DNA of 32,000 nt, from positions 1,440,001 to 1,472,000 of the forward strand of contig NZ_CP074694.1 in assembly GCF_018398935.1 (NCBI RefSeq). Reading direction: 5' to 3'. Position 1 is the stretch's first letter; every line of letters begins with the position of its first letter. The notes beneath the pieces are model-generated. The model made no database searches, was not told the origin of the DNA, and saw nothing but the letters and a program-made list of their open reading frames with translations. This DNA comes from Telmatocola sphagniphila. Its GTDB lineage: Bacteria; Planctomycetota; Planctomycetia; Gemmatales; Gemmataceae. Made by a program: the position numbers and the translations under genes. This document shows positions 1-8,782 of the stretch, in pieces.

Positions 1-699
1 CGAACCTACTATGCCGACAACTCACCTATTAAATTCGAGAAGATCGGTGAAAATCGAGTTCGATTTACTCCTCCCCCTGAACATTTGTACGAAGTTCAGA
101 AGGTGATGGAGATCGAGCTCGTTGGGGATACCAATAAGGTCAACGTGCATCTGATAGTTTCGAATATCGGGAGCCGTCCTACGGAACTGGCTCCCTGGGG
201 GCCCACCGTCATGGCTCCGGGCGGCATGGAAGTAATACCTCTCCCAGCCAAATTTCCGCATCCCGGCCATCCGAACAATGCCCGTTCTCCGGAAGATTTT
301 GGTCCGAACCAGGAATTGATTCTGTGGCCCTACTTTGATTTCAGCGACAGCCGATGGACTTTCGGGAAGAAATATATTCTTCTCAGACAGGATTCCAAGA
401 AGGGACCTACCAAGATCGGTCTGGCTCATCGGGCCGGCTGGGTGGGTTACGTGAATCGGGGAGCATTGTTCGTAAAACGATTTAACTATATCGAAGGGGC
501 TTTGTATCCGGATCGGGGCACAAATTATCAGACCTTCAGCAATGAAGATATGCTCGAAATGGAAACAGTAGCCCCGCTCGAAGAACTCTTTCCAGACGAA
601 ACGGCGGAGTTGAATGAAACTTGGCAACTCTATCCGTGCGACGCGAAAATCGGCAATGAAGAGGACGTCGACAAATACGTACTTCCTTTGATCAGATAA
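1..699 (+). CDS. hypothetical protein, 5'-partial at window edge (possibly DUF4380 / galactose-mutarotase-like beta-sandwich family)
   Basis: Frame 1 is open from base 1 to TAA 697-699, so the track ORF 85..699 (TTG) is only the tail of a longer gene. The co-directional CBS-PP2C gene follows 32 nt downstream. The family guess is from memory of similar planctomycete proteins; I saw no diagnostic motif. Confidence 0.6.
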   Translation, partial: RTYYADNSPIKFEKIGENRVRFTPPPEHLYEVQKVMEIELVGDTNKVNVHLIVSNIGSRPTELAPWGPTVMAPGGMEVIPLPAKFPHPGHPNNARSPEDFGPNQELILWPYFDFSDSRWTFGKKYILLRQDSKKGPTKIGLAHRAGWVGYVNRGALFVKRFNYIEGALYPDRGTNYQTFSNEDMLEMETVAPLEELFPDETAELNETWQLYPCDAKIGNEEDVDKYVLPLIR

Positions 700-731
700 T
701 CGGTGCTCACGAATGGAATCGAAAGGAAACT

Positions 732-1916
732 GTGTCTAACGATATCAGCGTACGGCAAGTAATGCAGCCCAACCCCGTATCGCTTCGTCCGGATCAGACG
801 ATCCAGGAAGCGATCGGACGAATGAATGAACTTCGTATCGGGGCGGTACTTGTATGCGATAATTCCCGGCTCGTCGGAATTTTCACCGAACGGGATTTCC
901 TGCGAAATGCCGCGATTGCAGAACCCGGCTGGCGTCTCTATCCCATCGAAATGTGGATGACGAAAGATCCACATACCATTGCTCCGAACATTGGTTGGGA
1001 AGAAGCGGCTTTCCAGATGGAGCGCATGCGAGTTCGCCATCTTCCTGTAGTGGAGGATGGCTTAGCAATAGGAATCATTTCTTCGCGCCACTTAATAGCC
1101 CATCGATCCAAGTATCTGGATCAGATGATTGCCCGGAGAACTAGCGAACTTCGGCTGGCCAACGATCAGCTCTTGTCACGCGATGCGGAAATGACCCATT
1201 ACATGAAGGTCGCCGCTAAACTGCAGAAGAAACTGGTGCTTCCTCATAGTCCCCCGAACTGGCCGGAGTTCGACTGGAGCATTTATTTTGCTCCTCTCGA
1301 ACCGCTGGGGGGCGACTACTACGATTTCGTGATGCCGAACGACGAACATCTGGGGTTCCTGATCGCCGATGCCAGTGGCCATAGTATTCCTGCGGCGATG
1401 GTCGCTATCATGGCCAGTCAGGCGTTTACTGAAGTTTCCAAAGAGACTGTGCAGCCTTCGTCTGTACTCGCGGCACTCAACAAGAGGCTGAACGACCTGG
1501 CCGAAGATAGGTTTGTCACAGGATTTTACGGTGTTTTCAATCGCCGTACGCGGGAATTCACGTATGCGAACGCCGGGCATCCATTCCCATTTCACTACTC
1601 CGCAAAACGCAAAATGACTCAGCCACTGTGGGCTCGGGGCTTTTTGCTCGGTGTCAGTCTGGATGAAATGTACACCGAGAAGAGATTGCATCTGGAAGCG
1701 GGCGACCGCCTATGTTTCTTCACAGACGGGATTCCCGATTGTCGAAACGACCAGGGGGAATCTTTCGGTACAGATCGTTTGGCAGCTTTTATCACTGAAA
1801 ATGCCCATCGTCGGCCGGCCGATTTCGTCGAAGTTTTTCGCAATCACCTCAAAGTATTTCGTGAAAATCAAAATCCGACGGACGATATGACGCTTATTAC
1901 ACTCGAAGTTCATTGA
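732..1916 (+). CDS. CBS-pair domain protein fused to a PP2C/SpoIIE-type serine phosphatase
   Basis: GTG start at 732 preceded by AAAGGAAA. N-terminal tandem CBS motifs (VRQVMQPNPVSL...IGAVLVCDNSRLVGIFTERDF; VRHLPVVEDGLAIGIISSRHL), then a helical linker, then a PP2C/SpoIIE core (GGDYYDF, LIADASGHSIPAAM, FFTDG, TDDMTLITLEV). Confidence 0.85.
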   Translation: MSNDISVRQVMQPNPVSLRPDQTIQEAIGRMNELRIGAVLVCDNSRLVGIFTERDFLRNAAIAEPGWRLYPIEMWMTKDPHTIAPNIGWEEAAFQMERMRVRHLPVVEDGLAIGIISSRHLIAHRSKYLDQMIARRTSELRLANDQLLSRDAEMTHYMKVAAKLQKKLVLPHSPPNWPEFDWSIYFAPLEPLGGDYYDFVMPNDEHLGFLIADASGHSIPAAMVAIMASQAFTEVSKETVQPSSVLAALNKRLNDLAEDRFVTGFYGVFNRRTREFTYANAGHPFPFHYSAKRKMTQPLWARGFLLGVSLDEMYTEKRLHLEAGDRLCFFTDGIPDCRNDQGESFGTDRLAAFITENAHRRPADFVEVFRNHLKVFRENQNPTDDMTLITLEVH

Positions 1917-1924
1917 ACCATCGC

Positions 1925-3076
1925 TCAGTTTAGATTTGCTCCCACCTGTTTAACGGGATTCAATGTGCCGGGCGGCAATCTCAGATATTTCGAGTAGATG
2001 CTTGGATCGCCCCAGGTGCTTTCATCAAAGTGCATCTTAATCTGATCGTCGGCTCGGGGTTGTCCCGCGGAGTCTACACCAACAAACGACAGGAAGAATT
2101 TTTCTTTTTTGCGCTCTGCCCCTCGCACCTTGCCGCCGTTATCCATGTCGAAAAAGGCCGACGTTTTGTCGCTGTTATCGACTGGTATGGAATACAGATC
2201 GGCATAGGAATTCATTACATATTTATGTTGATCGGCATTTGTTGGGACTTTCAGACGAGCGGCGCTGCCCATTCCTAAGACCTTATGATCTCCGGCTTTC
2301 AGGAAAACCACAGGTCTGCGCGGGGAATCTTTGGGCTCGTCGATCACTCCACCAACTTCCCAATCGATGGAGTCCTTTAAGCTTTTTTCGATGCTAAATT
2401 TTTTCCCTTTTTCCGGCGGACCGAATGTTTGCTGTGCGGCGTCTTCGAGCCACTTCTCCACGAAGACCTTGTGGAAACATCCGCAAGCCGCGATTGTTTC
2501 GAAGAAGAGCGGAACATTTTCCTGGTCGAGCGTGATGCGAACTACACAACTATCGATATCCGCATAGGACAGATCAATGGCTTTCATTCGAGGATGGGCT
2601 GGGTACCAGGCTGTGTATGTCAACTGAGTATGTTCTGCTTCGTCGATTTTTAACTTTTTCATAATCACATAAACTTTGGGTTCACCGGAGACATAGGATT
2701 TTAGTTTTCCGTCCGAGTCAACCTTCAAATGAGCTTGGCCAATCATGTCGTATTCTTGCGGATACGGATACTTTTGCGCCTGTGTATTGACGCGCTGTTG
2801 GACGAAGATAGGGGAGTAATAACTTACCAGTGTTTCGGCATCCGCACGTGCTAGTTGTTTTCGGTTGAAAAATTTCGAGTCTGGACCGGGAGTAAATACT
2901 ATACCGTCTCCTCCAACGGCCTGGATTGGGTTATCCAGGGCTTTTTGATCGAGCATCTGCCATTGCGTAAGATTATTCGAGAGTTCTTTCATCAATGTTG
3001 AACAACCAAACAGCATCAGGGAAGCACAGCAAAGCAAGGCGAAGAAAAGTTTCGATTTAAGTAATTGCGTTGGCAT
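1925..3076 (-). CDS. putative lipoprotein, function unknown
   Basis: The track ORF runs to 3208, but the ATG at 3076 is preceded by GGGGGAG (rc of 3080-3086). It opens a signal peptide with a lipobox (MPTQLLKSKLFFALLCCASLMLFGC). I recognised no catalytic motif. Confidence 0.7.
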   Translation of the reverse strand: MPTQLLKSKLFFALLCCASLMLFGCSTLMKELSNNLTQWQMLDQKALDNPIQAVGGDGIVFTPGPDSKFFNRKQLARADAETLVSYYSPIFVQQRVNTQAQKYPYPQEYDMIGQAHLKVDSDGKLKSYVSGEPKVYVIMKKLKIDEAEHTQLTYTAWYPAHPRMKAIDLSYADIDSCVVRITLDQENVPLFFETIAACGCFHKVFVEKWLEDAAQQTFGPPEKGKKFSIEKSLKDSIDWEVGGVIDEPKDSPRRPVVFLKAGDHKVLGMGSAARLKVPTNADQHKYVMNSYADLYSIPVDNSDKTSAFFDMDNGGKVRGAERKKEKFFLSFVGVDSAGQPRADDQIKMHFDESTWGDPSIYSKYLRLPPGTLNPVKQVGANLN

Positions 3077-3227
3077 AAAGTCTCCCCCAGTGCCGGTATC
3101 TACACGTGCGAGTTTGTTTCGCAGGTAAATCAAAATCTTATTGCGTGAGGGAAATAGCCGACGTGATATGTTTGCGTCAATAGAGATTTTCGGAAATATA
3201 TGCCGCAAGTCTTGAAATCAGAATAAG

Positions 3228-4460
3228 TTACGTCCGAATTTCAAGTGCCTTTTCCAATGCGACTAGCAATGCATCAATTTCCGTTTTTTCGATAATTAAA
3301 GGGGGCAAAAACGTAATTACATTTCGTCCTACCCCTGATTTACCGATCAAGAAACCGGAATCTTTCAAGCTTTCCAAGATTTGATCGACCAACGCAGGTG
3401 CAGGACCTTTTGTGGAATCCTTGAGTTCGACGCCGATCATTAAACCCAAGCCACGCACTTCGGTTATAGTCGGGCAACGAGCCTGAATTTCCTGAAGTCG
3501 CCCCTGCAAATAGTTGCCTAACCTTTCGCTGCGATCGCCCAAGTTGTGCCGCTTGTGAAAAATCAGCGTCGCCAACGCGGCTGCGCAGGACACGAGATTG
3601 CCACCAAATGTGGCCGCTCCGGGACGGGTATAGTGGGCAGCTATTTCATCACTGGTTATATAGGCCGCGATGGGAAAACCATTTCCGAGTGCTTTGGCGA
3701 CAGTAATAATGTCTGGCGTCACATCCCAGTGCTGAGTAGCAAACCACCGTCCGGTTCGATTCCAAGCGGTCTGGATTTCGTCCGCAATGAGCAAAGTGCC
3801 ATATTGCGAGCAGAGTTTTCTCAGTCGCGGCCAGTAGTTATTCGGGGGAACGATAATGCCGCCATTGCCTTGAATCGGTTCAGCGATTACTGCAGCAATA
3901 GAGCGTTTTTTCAGGAGTTCTTCTAATATTTCCAGGCTTTCCGGATGTCTTGTACCAGGTATCGCGTGGGCAGTGACCATGGGATTGGGATCCGTCCTCC
4001 ACATTTCCAGACCGGTGACGTTAATTGCCCACTTCGTCCGGCCATGGAGTCCTTCTTTCAGATAAGCGATTTCATGGCGACCTGTTGCAAGACTCGAAAG
4101 CATGAGCGCGCCTTCGTTGGCCTCGCTGCCGCTGGCGCAGAAGAAACTGCGTTTAAGATTACCCGGCGTGAGAGAAGAAATCGTTTCAGCGAGCTCCAGC
4201 ATAGGCTCTGTGAGATAGATCGTAGTGGTATGCTGGAGTTTTCGGAGTTGGGTAATAGCAGCTTCAATAATCTCCGGATTAGAATGCCCCGCACTGACGA
4301 CCGTAACGCCACTGAAGCAATCGAGGTACTTTTTCCCATCGGAATCGAAAAGATAAGCCCCTTCCCCACGCACGAGGACTGGGGGCCTCTGGAAAAAGTG
4401 GTAGACACAAGGAACCAAAAACTCTTTTTTCTTATCGATCAATTTCTCGAAATATTCCAA
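3228..4460 (-). CDS. class-III (omega-type) pyridoxal-phosphate aminotransferase
   Basis: TTG start at 4460 with GGGAGG 5 nt upstream. Typical class-III features: RGEGAYLFDSDGKKYLDCFSG, SGSEANEGA, LIADEIQTAW, and a PLP-lysine context DIITVAKALGNGFP. Last gene of the 8717->3228 operon, 15 nt after the upstream stop. Confidence 0.9.
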   Translation of the reverse strand: MEYFEKLIDKKKEFLVPCVYHFFQRPPVLVRGEGAYLFDSDGKKYLDCFSGVTVVSAGHSNPEIIEAAITQLRKLQHTTTIYLTEPMLELAETISSLTPGNLKRSFFCASGSEANEGALMLSSLATGRHEIAYLKEGLHGRTKWAINVTGLEMWRTDPNPMVTAHAIPGTRHPESLEILEELLKKRSIAAVIAEPIQGNGGIIVPPNNYWPRLRKLCSQYGTLLIADEIQTAWNRTGRWFATQHWDVTPDIITVAKALGNGFPIAAYITSDEIAAHYTRPGAATFGGNLVSCAAALATLIFHKRHNLGDRSERLGNYLQGRLQEIQARCPTITEVRGLGLMIGVELKDSTKGPAPALVDQILESLKDSGFLIGKSGVGRNVITFLPPLIIEKTEIDALLVALEKALEIRT

Positions 4461-4475
4461 AACTGCCTCCCTGCT

Positions 4476-5357
4476 TTATCCAACTTGCTTGTGTGCATGT
4501 ATCCGTTCAGGGATCATCCCTTCAATAATCGTCAATTGAGGCATTTCTGAACTCATCCCTAGATCCACAACCTGACAAAGTAGGACGTTTAAAGCCTCCC
4601 GGACATCAGCAGGCATTCGAACCGAGTCGCTATTGGCGAACATCGAAACAAATTTTTCCGTGCACTGCCCCGCTTCACCTCGCCCCATTCTGCGGACACG
4701 CGATAGAGCTTCACTTGAGTGAGCTAGTGAAAATTCAAGGCTTTGTCGGATCCCTGAACAGATTCTTTCCATGGAGGCAGTTCCGAGACTTCGTCTGATG
4801 ACATTCAGACCAACAGGCAATGGTAAATCGTGCCTCTGACACCATTCGGCCCCCAGGTCTGCCACGCACTTCAGTCCCAGTTGCGGATAGTAGAGAAGCT
4901 CTTCATGGATCATCACTCCGGCATCGAGATTTCCCGCGTTGATTGCATCGGCGATTTCATCGAATTGCATCTCTATCATGAGGGCATCCGGACAAAAGCA
5001 TTTCAGGAGAAACCAACCGGTAGTCGGTATGCCCGGAACTCCAACCCGTTTACCATTGAGATTCTCCATTTTCGAAAATTCGCGACTGACCAAAACGGGG
5101 CCATAACCACGACCCACGCTTGTTCCAACGTTGAGAATCGCGTATTCCCTGCTGATTTGAGGGTATATCACCGAAGAAATAGCTGTGACATCGTAAACAC
5201 CTTGTAGTGCCTTCTGATTTAAGCAACTCATATTCTCCGTAAAGAAATGGGGACGAAAACCTGGAAGCGGGATCAGACCGGTTTCAAGGGCATCGTAATA
5301 AAAAGCGTCGTCGCTATCGGGCGTATAGGCAATGGTTAACGTTTTGAGAGTTTTCAT
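4476..5357 (-). CDS. MqnA/MqnD/periplasmic-binding-fold family protein (menaquinone-futalosine-pathway-like paralogue)
   Basis: ATG at 5357 with AGGAGG upstream. The N-terminal LTIAYTPDSDDAFYYDAL and later GRGYGPVLV and VMIHEELL blocks match the VitK2_biosynth (MqnA/MqnD) family pattern as I remember it. I cannot say whether it is MqnA, MqnD or a third subgroup. Confidence 0.75.
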   Translation of the reverse strand: MKTLKTLTIAYTPDSDDAFYYDALETGLIPLPGFRPHFFTENMSCLNQKALQGVYDVTAISSVIYPQISREYAILNVGTSVGRGYGPVLVSREFSKMENLNGKRVGVPGIPTTGWFLLKCFCPDALMIEMQFDEIADAINAGNLDAGVMIHEELLYYPQLGLKCVADLGAEWCQRHDLPLPVGLNVIRRSLGTASMERICSGIRQSLEFSLAHSSEALSRVRRMGRGEAGQCTEKFVSMFANSDSVRMPADVREALNVLLCQVVDLGMSSEMPQLTIIEGMIPERIHAHKQVG

Positions 5358-5370
5358 TAAATCCTCCTGA

Positions 5371-6486
5371 TTAGTAAATTCCTAACTGAAGTTGCTTGGC
5401 GAGTTGTGGCGGCACCTGGGGATTTCGCAGTCCATCCGAAATTCCTCCCAGGGCTATCGCTGCTGGAATTGGCGCGACACGCTCTGCCTGATCACGTTCG
5501 AGGACGTTGAGAAGCAGACAGCTTTCATCCAATCGATGCACGAGTAAACGACCTGGTTGGCCGCGGTCACAAGGGACGGGCCTGAATCGCTCGTTATCTG
5601 AATCGTTCTTATCCCATTCGATAACCTGAAAAATGACTCGCTCGCCTAGTGGGTAGTAATCCATTGCCGATCGATATGTATCAACAGTTTCCATAACGAC
5701 TCCGAAGAGACTGTTGCCGTAGCCCGAGAGGTGCACGGCTGCCGGAAAAGCCAGTTTAAAGTCGTTAAGAGTTTGCGGAGAAATGCTCATTCCGCCATAG
5801 TGAATACCATGCAGAGACTCGCGTTGGCGATCCGTCATACGTTCCGCCAGAGCCTTCAGAGTTGGTGGCGTAGTGAATAGTATGCCGATTTCCTCTCGAT
5901 TCAAAATATCCAGGGCCTGAGAGATTACGTGCTGAAGATACCGATCACGAGCCATGGAGCCCTCGGCCAGCCGTTTCACCCAGCGTGGATCGAAGTCCAC
6001 ACTAAAAGGATCCATGCTCCCGGACTGTCTGGCCAGTTCCCTAACGACCTTGCCGATGATGTGTGGTCCAGAGGGACCCAGCCACAGCCAAGGCTCGCTT
6101 TTGGGGAAATGGGTAGCGTCTGCAACTTTCAGAAACGGAGTGATGAACGCTTCCTGAAATTCATCATTGCGAAATGCCGTTGCACATGGTTCGCCGCTCG
6201 TGCCGGCCGTTTCGCCAAGAATGAATTGGGAGAATAAGTGGTGAAATCGCTTAGGAATGAAGGCTTTAACTGGATATTTTCGGAGATCAGAAACCGGCAA
6301 AAGCCCCAATTTCCAGACATCTTTCATCTCTTGAATTTCAGCTTGAATCGACCAGGTCAGTCTCTCCTGCCGTTGCAGCCAATATGTACTGCCCCAGTTA
6401 GGATCCAGATGGATCTCCAAAAGCTCCCGTAACCGAGCGTCTACAGTGCCTTGGGACTTCGATTCTTGCCACGTAGAACTAGTCAC
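5371..6486 (-). CDS. adenylate-forming enzyme, LuxE / PaaK / F390-synthetase-like (acyl-AMP or acyl-protein synthetase)
   Basis: GTG start at 6486, 7 nt after the upstream stop. P-loop-like GETAGTSGEP (6187-6216, compare LuxE SSGTSG and PaaK SSGTTGKP), then LGPSGPH, IHYGGMS, SGYGNSLFG. The length of ~370 aa fits LuxE-type rather than full ANL ligases. Assignment is by motif only. Confidence 0.6.
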   Translation of the reverse strand: MTSSTWQESKSQGTVDARLRELLEIHLDPNWGSTYWLQRQERLTWSIQAEIQEMKDVWKLGLLPVSDLRKYPVKAFIPKRFHHLFSQFILGETAGTSGEPCATAFRNDEFQEAFITPFLKVADATHFPKSEPWLWLGPSGPHIIGKVVRELARQSGSMDPFSVDFDPRWVKRLAEGSMARDRYLQHVISQALDILNREEIGILFTTPPTLKALAERMTDRQRESLHGIHYGGMSISPQTLNDFKLAFPAAVHLSGYGNSLFGVVMETVDTYRSAMDYYPLGERVIFQVIEWDKNDSDNERFRPVPCDRGQPGRLLVHRLDESCLLLNVLERDQAERVAPIPAAIALGGISDGLRNPQVPPQLAKQLQLGIY

Positions 6487-6493
6487 TCTGATT

Positions 6494-7201
6494 TTACCTC
6501 GTCGGGCTACTCAAAAATTCCAGCACTTTTTGGAGCAACCACTCTTCATGACCTCGAAAAAAATGATTGTCACACCGGCGACTGATCCTCTTGCGGGGCA
6601 TGATCAGTGAATCGTACCAGGTATCGAGGCAAGAATTATCGTTCGCGAAATCGTCTTCGGAGGTCACGACCAAAATGGGCAACTTGAAAGCTTTGAAATT
6701 CGAGTAATCGTGCTTAGTAATCGTGGGCGCAATTAAAACGGCCGCGTAAACCTGCTCAGGAAGTGTCAGAAGCGGCAGCAGCGAGCAACCGAAACTGTAA
6801 GCAATGATCGCTAGTGGAAGCGATTGACCTAGGTTTTTAAGGAATCCAAGCGCGGCCTGAAGATCGCACGAAAAGCTTTCCTCACCAGTAATGTGCGAAG
6901 TTTTCCAGAACTCCGCCATCCGTTGTGGCGAGTTGATAGCCGATCCCTCGCTCTGACCGACCCCTGGATAATCGAATCGAAGTGCGGCGTAGAAATGAAG
7001 CGCCAATCCTTCACAGATATTCTTGACCACATTGTTATTCATGTTGCCGCCGAGAAGTGGATGAGGTCCGGCGAACACTACTGCGGTGTGTGGGTTCGCA
7101 TCTTCGGGATAAGAAAGAAGCCCGTGTAGCTTATTCTCACCACTAGCAAACCAGACATTCTCTGTGATTGGGTTGCTTTCAGTCTTGGGAAGATAGGACA
7201 T
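6494..7201 (-). CDS. alpha/beta hydrolase (COG2945-like, lid-less serine hydrolase/acyltransferase type)
   Basis: ATG at 7201 overlaps the upstream gene end by 23 nt. It carries the PHPLLGGNMNNNVV motif characteristic of COG2945-type hydrolases and a nucleophile elbow AYSFGCS. Confidence 0.75.
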   Translation of the reverse strand: MSYLPKTESNPITENVWFASGENKLHGLLSYPEDANPHTAVVFAGPHPLLGGNMNNNVVKNICEGLALHFYAALRFDYPGVGQSEGSAINSPQRMAEFWKTSHITGEESFSCDLQAALGFLKNLGQSLPLAIIAYSFGCSLLPLLTLPEQVYAAVLIAPTITKHDYSNFKAFKLPILVVTSEDDFANDNSCLDTWYDSLIMPRKRISRRCDNHFFRGHEEWLLQKVLEFLSSPTR

Positions 7202-8717
7202 CAGCCACCTCCTTGGGTGTCGATGTGCCCACTGGGGTTTCTGTAATAAATTGTCCGAATAAGTAAGCTAATTTGAGACCGGATTCAACGTCGCCTTTGA
7301 TGGCAATTTTCTGCTCGAAGAACGCTTCTTGAGGAGATTGTCTCCCCGAGATAATGGCCGCAAAAGTTTGTGTGTCGGAAATATACTTCACCGTGGCCGA
7401 TTCTGGAATTCCCGGTCGCGTGAAGATCAGTTCTCCCTTTTCCCATTTACATGTCCAACAACCACCTCCCTTGCCAGTAAGTGTTATGGTCACCGTGACG
7501 TCCAATTTCGCTTCTCTCGCCAGATCTGATCGGCGAGCCAATATCGGGAAAGTTTTCTCAATGTAGACGGCACAGGCTGACTCTGAATTTATGGTTCCGG
7601 AATAGCCAGGCTTCCCGGAAGACTTTTTGCCCCAGTGGTCGTTATCAGCAAATCGGATCAGCCTCTCAAGCACCGTTCGATCTATCCGAGGTGGCCGTGC
7701 ATCTGGAAGCTCCGCCAGTAGATTTTCCATGGAAAATAACGGATTTCCTGAAATGTAAGGCCAGTACTCCTGAACCCCCTGGCGAAACAGTTCGTCCAAT
7801 CGGCTGAAAATATTTTTTGCAGGTATTTTTGCAAGTTCGATGTTCGTCAGACGAAGTGTCTCTACGCCGATATCTCGAATGAAACTCGTTTTTATTGGTG
7901 AATCCGAAACCAAGTGGAAGATCTTTCCACCGCTGCTCGATCGGTTAAACAGTTTAAGAATCGTCCGAGCCACCCAATCCACGGGAATGAGATTCCATTC
8001 CTCGTTTCCATCGAAGGGGATTCGCAGTGTTGATGTTGCTAACGTCTTTTGAGGAATAGACCTCGCCAGTCGAACAGCGAGTTCCAGAAAACGATATAGA
8101 CCTGTATAAGTCGTTGTGTAGCCGGTTTCGCTGTCGCCAACGATGATGGAGGGACGGTATATCGTGGAGTGGATTTTTTTTGCATTTCTGACAGCAACTT
8201 CCGCAAGAAATTTGCTCTCTTCGTACGGATTGTGAAATCCTGATTCTCCCGTGGCTTCCTGTTCAAGAATCGTTCCCGATCTTCTGCCGCTTACAAAAGC
8301 GGTCGATATGTGATGCCAATTGGAAACGCTCAATGATTCGCAGAGATCCAGAAGTGCCCGAGTACCGTTTAAATTTGTTTTAAAGGGTTCTTGCTCCGGT
8401 GTTTTCCGAAAGGAGAGATTCGCAGCACAATGTAAAACACTCGAGCAATTTTTCTGAATCCAGTTCTTATCCGCTTTGCTGAGACTCGACTTGAGATCGC
8501 TTAAATCGCCGCAGATAATAAAGGGTTTAGAGAGCTTTTTCTGTAACCTTTCTTCCCATAACTCAACGATTTCTGATATTCGTTCAAAACCATTTGCTTG
8601 CTTAGAATTTCTAACCAGTACAGTTGTAGTGCCCATTCGCTGAAGGAGATCTTTTACTAGATACTGACCGAGAAATCCTGTCGCGCCCGTAAGTAAAACG
8701 CCTCGCTGCTGAGGCAT
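7179..8717 (-). CDS. SDR-family thioester/acyl reductase domain (NAD_binding_4-like) fused to a C-terminal SCP2 sterol-carrier domain
   Basis: The track ORF starts at TTG 8744. The ATG at 8717 has AAGGA 8 nt upstream and leads straight into the Rossmann motif LLTGATGFLG (8667-8690). The catalytic YEESK fits a terminal-reductase-type SDR. The last ~110 aa (approx 7179-7520) read as SCP2 (…QEAFFEQKIAIKGDVESGLKLAYLFGQF). Confidence 0.85.
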   Translation of the reverse strand: MPQQRGVLLTGATGFLGQYLVKDLLQRMGTTTVLVRNSKQANGFERISEIVELWEERLQKKLSKPFIICGDLSDLKSSLSKADKNWIQKNCSSVLHCAANLSFRKTPEQEPFKTNLNGTRALLDLCESLSVSNWHHISTAFVSGRRSGTILEQEATGESGFHNPYEESKFLAEVAVRNAKKIHSTIYRPSIIVGDSETGYTTTYTGLYRFLELAVRLARSIPQKTLATSTLRIPFDGNEEWNLIPVDWVARTILKLFNRSSSGGKIFHLVSDSPIKTSFIRDIGVETLRLTNIELAKIPAKNIFSRLDELFRQGVQEYWPYISGNPLFSMENLLAELPDARPPRIDRTVLERLIRFADNDHWGKKSSGKPGYSGTINSESACAVYIEKTFPILARRSDLAREAKLDVTVTITLTGKGGGCWTCKWEKGELIFTRPGIPESATVKYISDTQTFAAIISGRQSPQEAFFEQKIAIKGDVESGLKLAYLFGQFITETPVGTSTPKEVADVLSSQD

Positions 8718-8782
8718 AAATTCGATCCTTCGAAAAAGGGGCAAACTGAAATAGGAAAAAAGATCTTAAGGAGAGAGTCCGG

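Noticed and set aside
22-627. 201-aa minus-strand ORF antisense to the first CDS. Similar long antisense or off-frame ORFs occur at 3945..4550 (+), 14350..15159 (+), 19919..20569 (-), 28780..29313 (-) and 31263..31913 (-).
   Set aside because: Each lies entirely inside a CDS with strong family motifs on the other strand or frame. None has an SD or a recognisable motif, and their compositions (R/S/G/P-rich) are typical of shadow ORFs.
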